Shown piece after piece: positions 58,960 through 64,000 of a stretch of 64,000 nt of DNA. This DNA is from the human T2T-CHM13v2.0 reference genome, Homo sapiens. The position numbers and the translations under genes are program-made. Below the pieces are notes generated by a model. That model searched no databases and had not been told where the DNA came from. It saw nothing but the letters and a program-made list of their open reading frames with translations. Position 1 is the stretch's first letter; each line of letters opens with the position of its first letter. The DNA lies in assembly GCF_009914755.1 (NCBI RefSeq), contig NC_060939.1; one strand, given 5' to 3'.

Positions 58960-60252
<1,293 letters not shown>

Positions 60253-61021
60253 GGTCTGACTCGACCATAAGTTTGTACAGTGGTAGGGACTATATCCATT
60301 TTATTTACTGTGGTATCTTCAGCGCATAACAGACGTTCAAAAGATTTGGTGAATGAATAAACTAACTCTGTTAACTTTTGAATGTTATTGCATAGTTTAC
60401 AGAGAATGTTACCTATTCAGCTTTTGCTTTTCAGAATTGTTTTCTTTGTGACTGATTAAAATGGTTGAGAAAAGCTCTTTCAGTAACTATATAAAGAATG
60501 AGTCTTCGTCTTTTATGTAATATTTTATTTATTTTTTTCTGGTTTAGGCCTCCAAGGAGAGAGAGAATTTAAAGTTGGCCAGTCTATTTTCTCTTAGTTT
60601 TTCTATGTCTAGCACTTTTTCTTAGATGATCTATGATATGTTGTTTGGCACATGAAAATTTATGACTTAAAATCTTAATAGTTGAGTATTATAAATGCCT
60701 TCTCTTTTATTTTTGTCTCACTATTGTGATCCCTGTTTCTTTTTATTTTGCATTAATCAGTGACCTTGTTTATCCCTTGAGACCTAAAACAAAGCAATGT
60801 ACTGTTTTTTTGTAGAAAGATACCTTATCCTATCGGCTTGGTTTATGCTTGCTTATTTGTATGTTTCCTTAATGTTTCCTTTGTGTTCAGTGTTTGACCT
60901 CATATGCCATTCATTCAAACTCCCCAACTCCTCATACACACCTTGTAATCTTTTCCCTAAGGAGTCAGGAGAGATACACCAGGAATTGCAGGCTCAAATA
61001 TATCTTACTTTTGCCAGGGAA

Positions 61022-61324
61022 ATATTTTTTTTATTTTTTGTTATTTATTTATTTATTTATTTATTTAGAGACAGAGTCTTACTCTATAGCCCAGGCTGGA
61101 GTGCAATGTCTGCTGCCCGGGTTCAAGCAATCCTCCTGCCTCAGTCTCCCAAGTAGCTGGGATTACAGGCACCTGCCACTGCACGAGGCTAATTTTTGTA
61201 GTTCTAGTAGAGACGGGGTTTCACCATCTTGGCCAGGCTGGTCTTGAACTCCTGACCTTGTGATCCACCTGCCTCTGCCTCCGAAAGTGCTGGGATTTAC
61301 AGGCGTGAGCCACCACACCTGGCC
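61022..61324 (-). mobile_element. AluS
   Basis: (TTTA)n tail; [19 protein letters not shown]. Confidence 0.9.
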
Positions 61325-64000
61325 ATATTTTTTTATTTTTTATTCCCCATTGAGGTGTTTTTCAGAGTTTATCCTTAGTGATCCCAGTTATGTTTTGCTA
61401 ATGTCAGGGTGGTCTTTTTATCAACTACTACAATAAACCACCAGTCGTGCCAGAGAAAATGCCCAGGATTAATTTCTTTTGTAGGAAGAGCAGTTTGAAC
61501 TATATGGAATCCTTCAAAATTCTAAGAAAGTGTTTGCCCTGTTCTGTATATATTCTGCCAAAAGTTGTTCCTAATAGTCTAGATATTGATTCTTTATGTA
61601 AGTAGGGTCTTTTTAATCAAAAGTGAAGTGGGACCAAATTGTTCAGTGGCTTGTTCTCTTCTAAATTGTTTTTAGCTGATAAGATTTGGGAAACTTTCTG
61701 GGCTTCCACAAATAATATACAATACATCTTTGAATACTTGATGCTTAAAAAGTGTTGTTACTGCATGCAATCAGGGAGCTCCAGAGCTTTTTGCAGGCTC
61801 CTTGTTCCTGAGAAGCAATATTGTTTTCATATTATCTCGGTTATACATTTTATGGTTGTGACATTGCTTTCTTTTTGTTTTTGCTGTTGTTTTCTGCTGC
61901 TGCTGATTTAGAAATGAAATAAGCTAACTCTTAATTTTAACCTGTTTGCTACCTAAAATGGTAATCATCTTGATGTTCTTTCAAGCAGGTCCCAGAGATC
62001 TTAAAATGATCCGGAATCACTGAGTCCACAGTTCTCTTTTCTCTTGGTTATGTATAGATGGAGAGTGGTCTTGGTGTTATATTAGTGTATGATTCGTATT
62101 TGTTTCATAATTAACTTCGAAGTGAAAAATTGATGCGAGAGCAAAGGTTTATTTGGTTTCCATAACTATTTACTAATTTTATGCTTGCCAGATTTTAAGA
62201 TTAAACTGTTTGCCATCTCTTTTTTTTTTCTTCCCGTAAAACCTTTGGCCATCTACAGTCACTTTTCCTCAAATCTTATGCTGTAATTCAAACTGTATAT
62301 TCTTTTTGCTGATTGCTTCTGTACCTCCTCTGCTTCCAGTGTTCTTTTGCAAGAGTGTCCACACAGTGGGAAGAAAACCTGAACTTGACTCATGAAGTGC
62401 TGGGCATTCAAAACAGTGAATCCTTGCAAAGGATCTTGGGAGTAGACCCCTGTGAATTGGCTCTTTCAATTTGTCCACTTAAAGGGCATAATAGATTATG
62501 CAGCTGTTTGGGCTTCAGCAGGGTATTGCTCCATATTCATGCCTAGTTGCAATTATGTGAATTTTCAGTTTGTTACAAAGACTTCCCTTTGTATTCAAAA
62601 CAATTTTGTTGGCTTTGTGTTCTAATATTTGAGTTTTCTCTGAGGAAAAATAGTTGCAAGATTTTGAACTTTGAAAACTTCAAATTAAAATGTTTAAAGG
62701 TTTTGTCACTTTTTATTTTCTGATGCAAACCATACATTGAAAGCATATTTTAAGAAGAAGTCACTCTAATAAGCTTTAATTTCGAGTTTATGAATCACAG
62801 GATTTTTGGTAGAGGTAAAAACTATACTTACACCGTAAATTAGACATTAAATGCCATTTAATCAGTCAGATAATGATTAATGTTAGAGTAATGTTTGATG
62901 GGCCAAGCTGCTAAAACATAAGCAGTTCTAATTAAAATATATAAACTTATCACGTAAAAATAGCAAACTTAGTAATGTATAAAGTGACAGTAGGTCTTTT
63001 TTGCTTAAAAATCAGAGTTCCTGTGTAGTGTCTCTTTATGATCTCTGTAGTAAAAATATTATTTAACGTAGCTTAGTGAGAAGTTTAAGAGGAGTATACC
63101 TTTTACTTTAGGGTGCCCATGCCACTTTGAAGTTATGGAGTGCAAAGTAGTTTCCACACATTAAAAAAAAAAAAAAGATGAAAAAGACTTAAACTTTTCT
63201 AAATTTTATACCTGAACATGTCATTAGAACATGTGCCTTTTGCTTTTAGATATCTGTTTGCCAATGGTTAAGCATTAACCTTGGCAAAATACTCACATGT
63301 CAGATCTGTTAAATGTAATAGTATTTCTGCCCAGTATTTTCTTCAGTTTTAAGTAGAAATATCAACCTTTGATGTCACTGAAATTTCTACTCTGTTGTGA
63401 TACTGAGAACATAAATGTCAGTGAGTTTGATAGCTTAGAAGTGAATCTTTTGCATTCAGTATTTTAGTGCTGTATATTTTCACTTAAGTTATAGTTTTCT
63501 CTTTAAGTCTTAGAAAAAAACATTGGTTTGTTCCTCTTAGCAACATATTGTAATGGATTTTCTGTTGCCGTTTTACAATTTTCAGGTAAAATGTGAACTC
63601 TATTAAAAATAATCTGTCTTTAAAGCATAACTTCACCTTCATTGCTCCATAAAAATAAATGATTTAGATTAAAAGCATTGTATTTTAAACAATTGGTCAC
63701 AGCTGCTTCTGTGAGATTTTCATTTTTGTTACTTAGTTTATTTTTCACCTAGACAAGGGTAAGCAAACAGTATATGATGGGAAAACTGAAACCTTATGTA
63801 CTGTTTCTTTAAGAAACCAGCTTATCCAGGAGGTTTTAGTGTGTCTAACCTAACCTGCTAGCAAGGAAAAGTTCTTTAAAATAATGGATATTAGCCGTAT
63901 CCAATCACAATTATCAGTTTCACTAACAGGGAGGAGATTTTACTCTTCAGCCACTAGAATTGGAGAAGGTGGAGCTTGGTATTCAGGTTTGGTTGCTTTG

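Overview
Primate, almost certainly human, genomic DNA with no credible protein-coding exon. About 64 Alu elements or fragments cover roughly a quarter of the window. Other repeats include old L1M/L2/MIR fragments, MaLR/ERVL LTRs, hAT DNA transposons, a solo LTR12C (ERV9) with a 4-bp TSD and a 7SL RNA pseudogene. Positions 1 to ~50.2 kb are intergenic. A CpG-island promoter at ~50.75-51.73 kb carries a non-coding first exon on the + strand (donor CAG|GTGAG at 51225/51226), and the rest of the window looks like its first intron. From memory the exon resembles the 5' UTR of ZFAND6 (15q25, next to BCL2A1); this is unverified. The provided ORFs are translations of repeats or chance GC-rich frames. 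I see no new biological system. The best leads are: an Alu-Alu inversion and an Alu-junction deletion inside a near full-length ancient L1M that may retain its TSD; four loci where Alus re-inserted into the same target site; an old ~200-bp local duplication; an LTR12C with a duplicated 3' terminus pointing at the gene; an ETS/MARE/RUNX motif cluster; and a candidate recursive-splice site or microexon in intron 1. Repeat subfamily names come from recall of consensus sequences, and boundaries are approximate.
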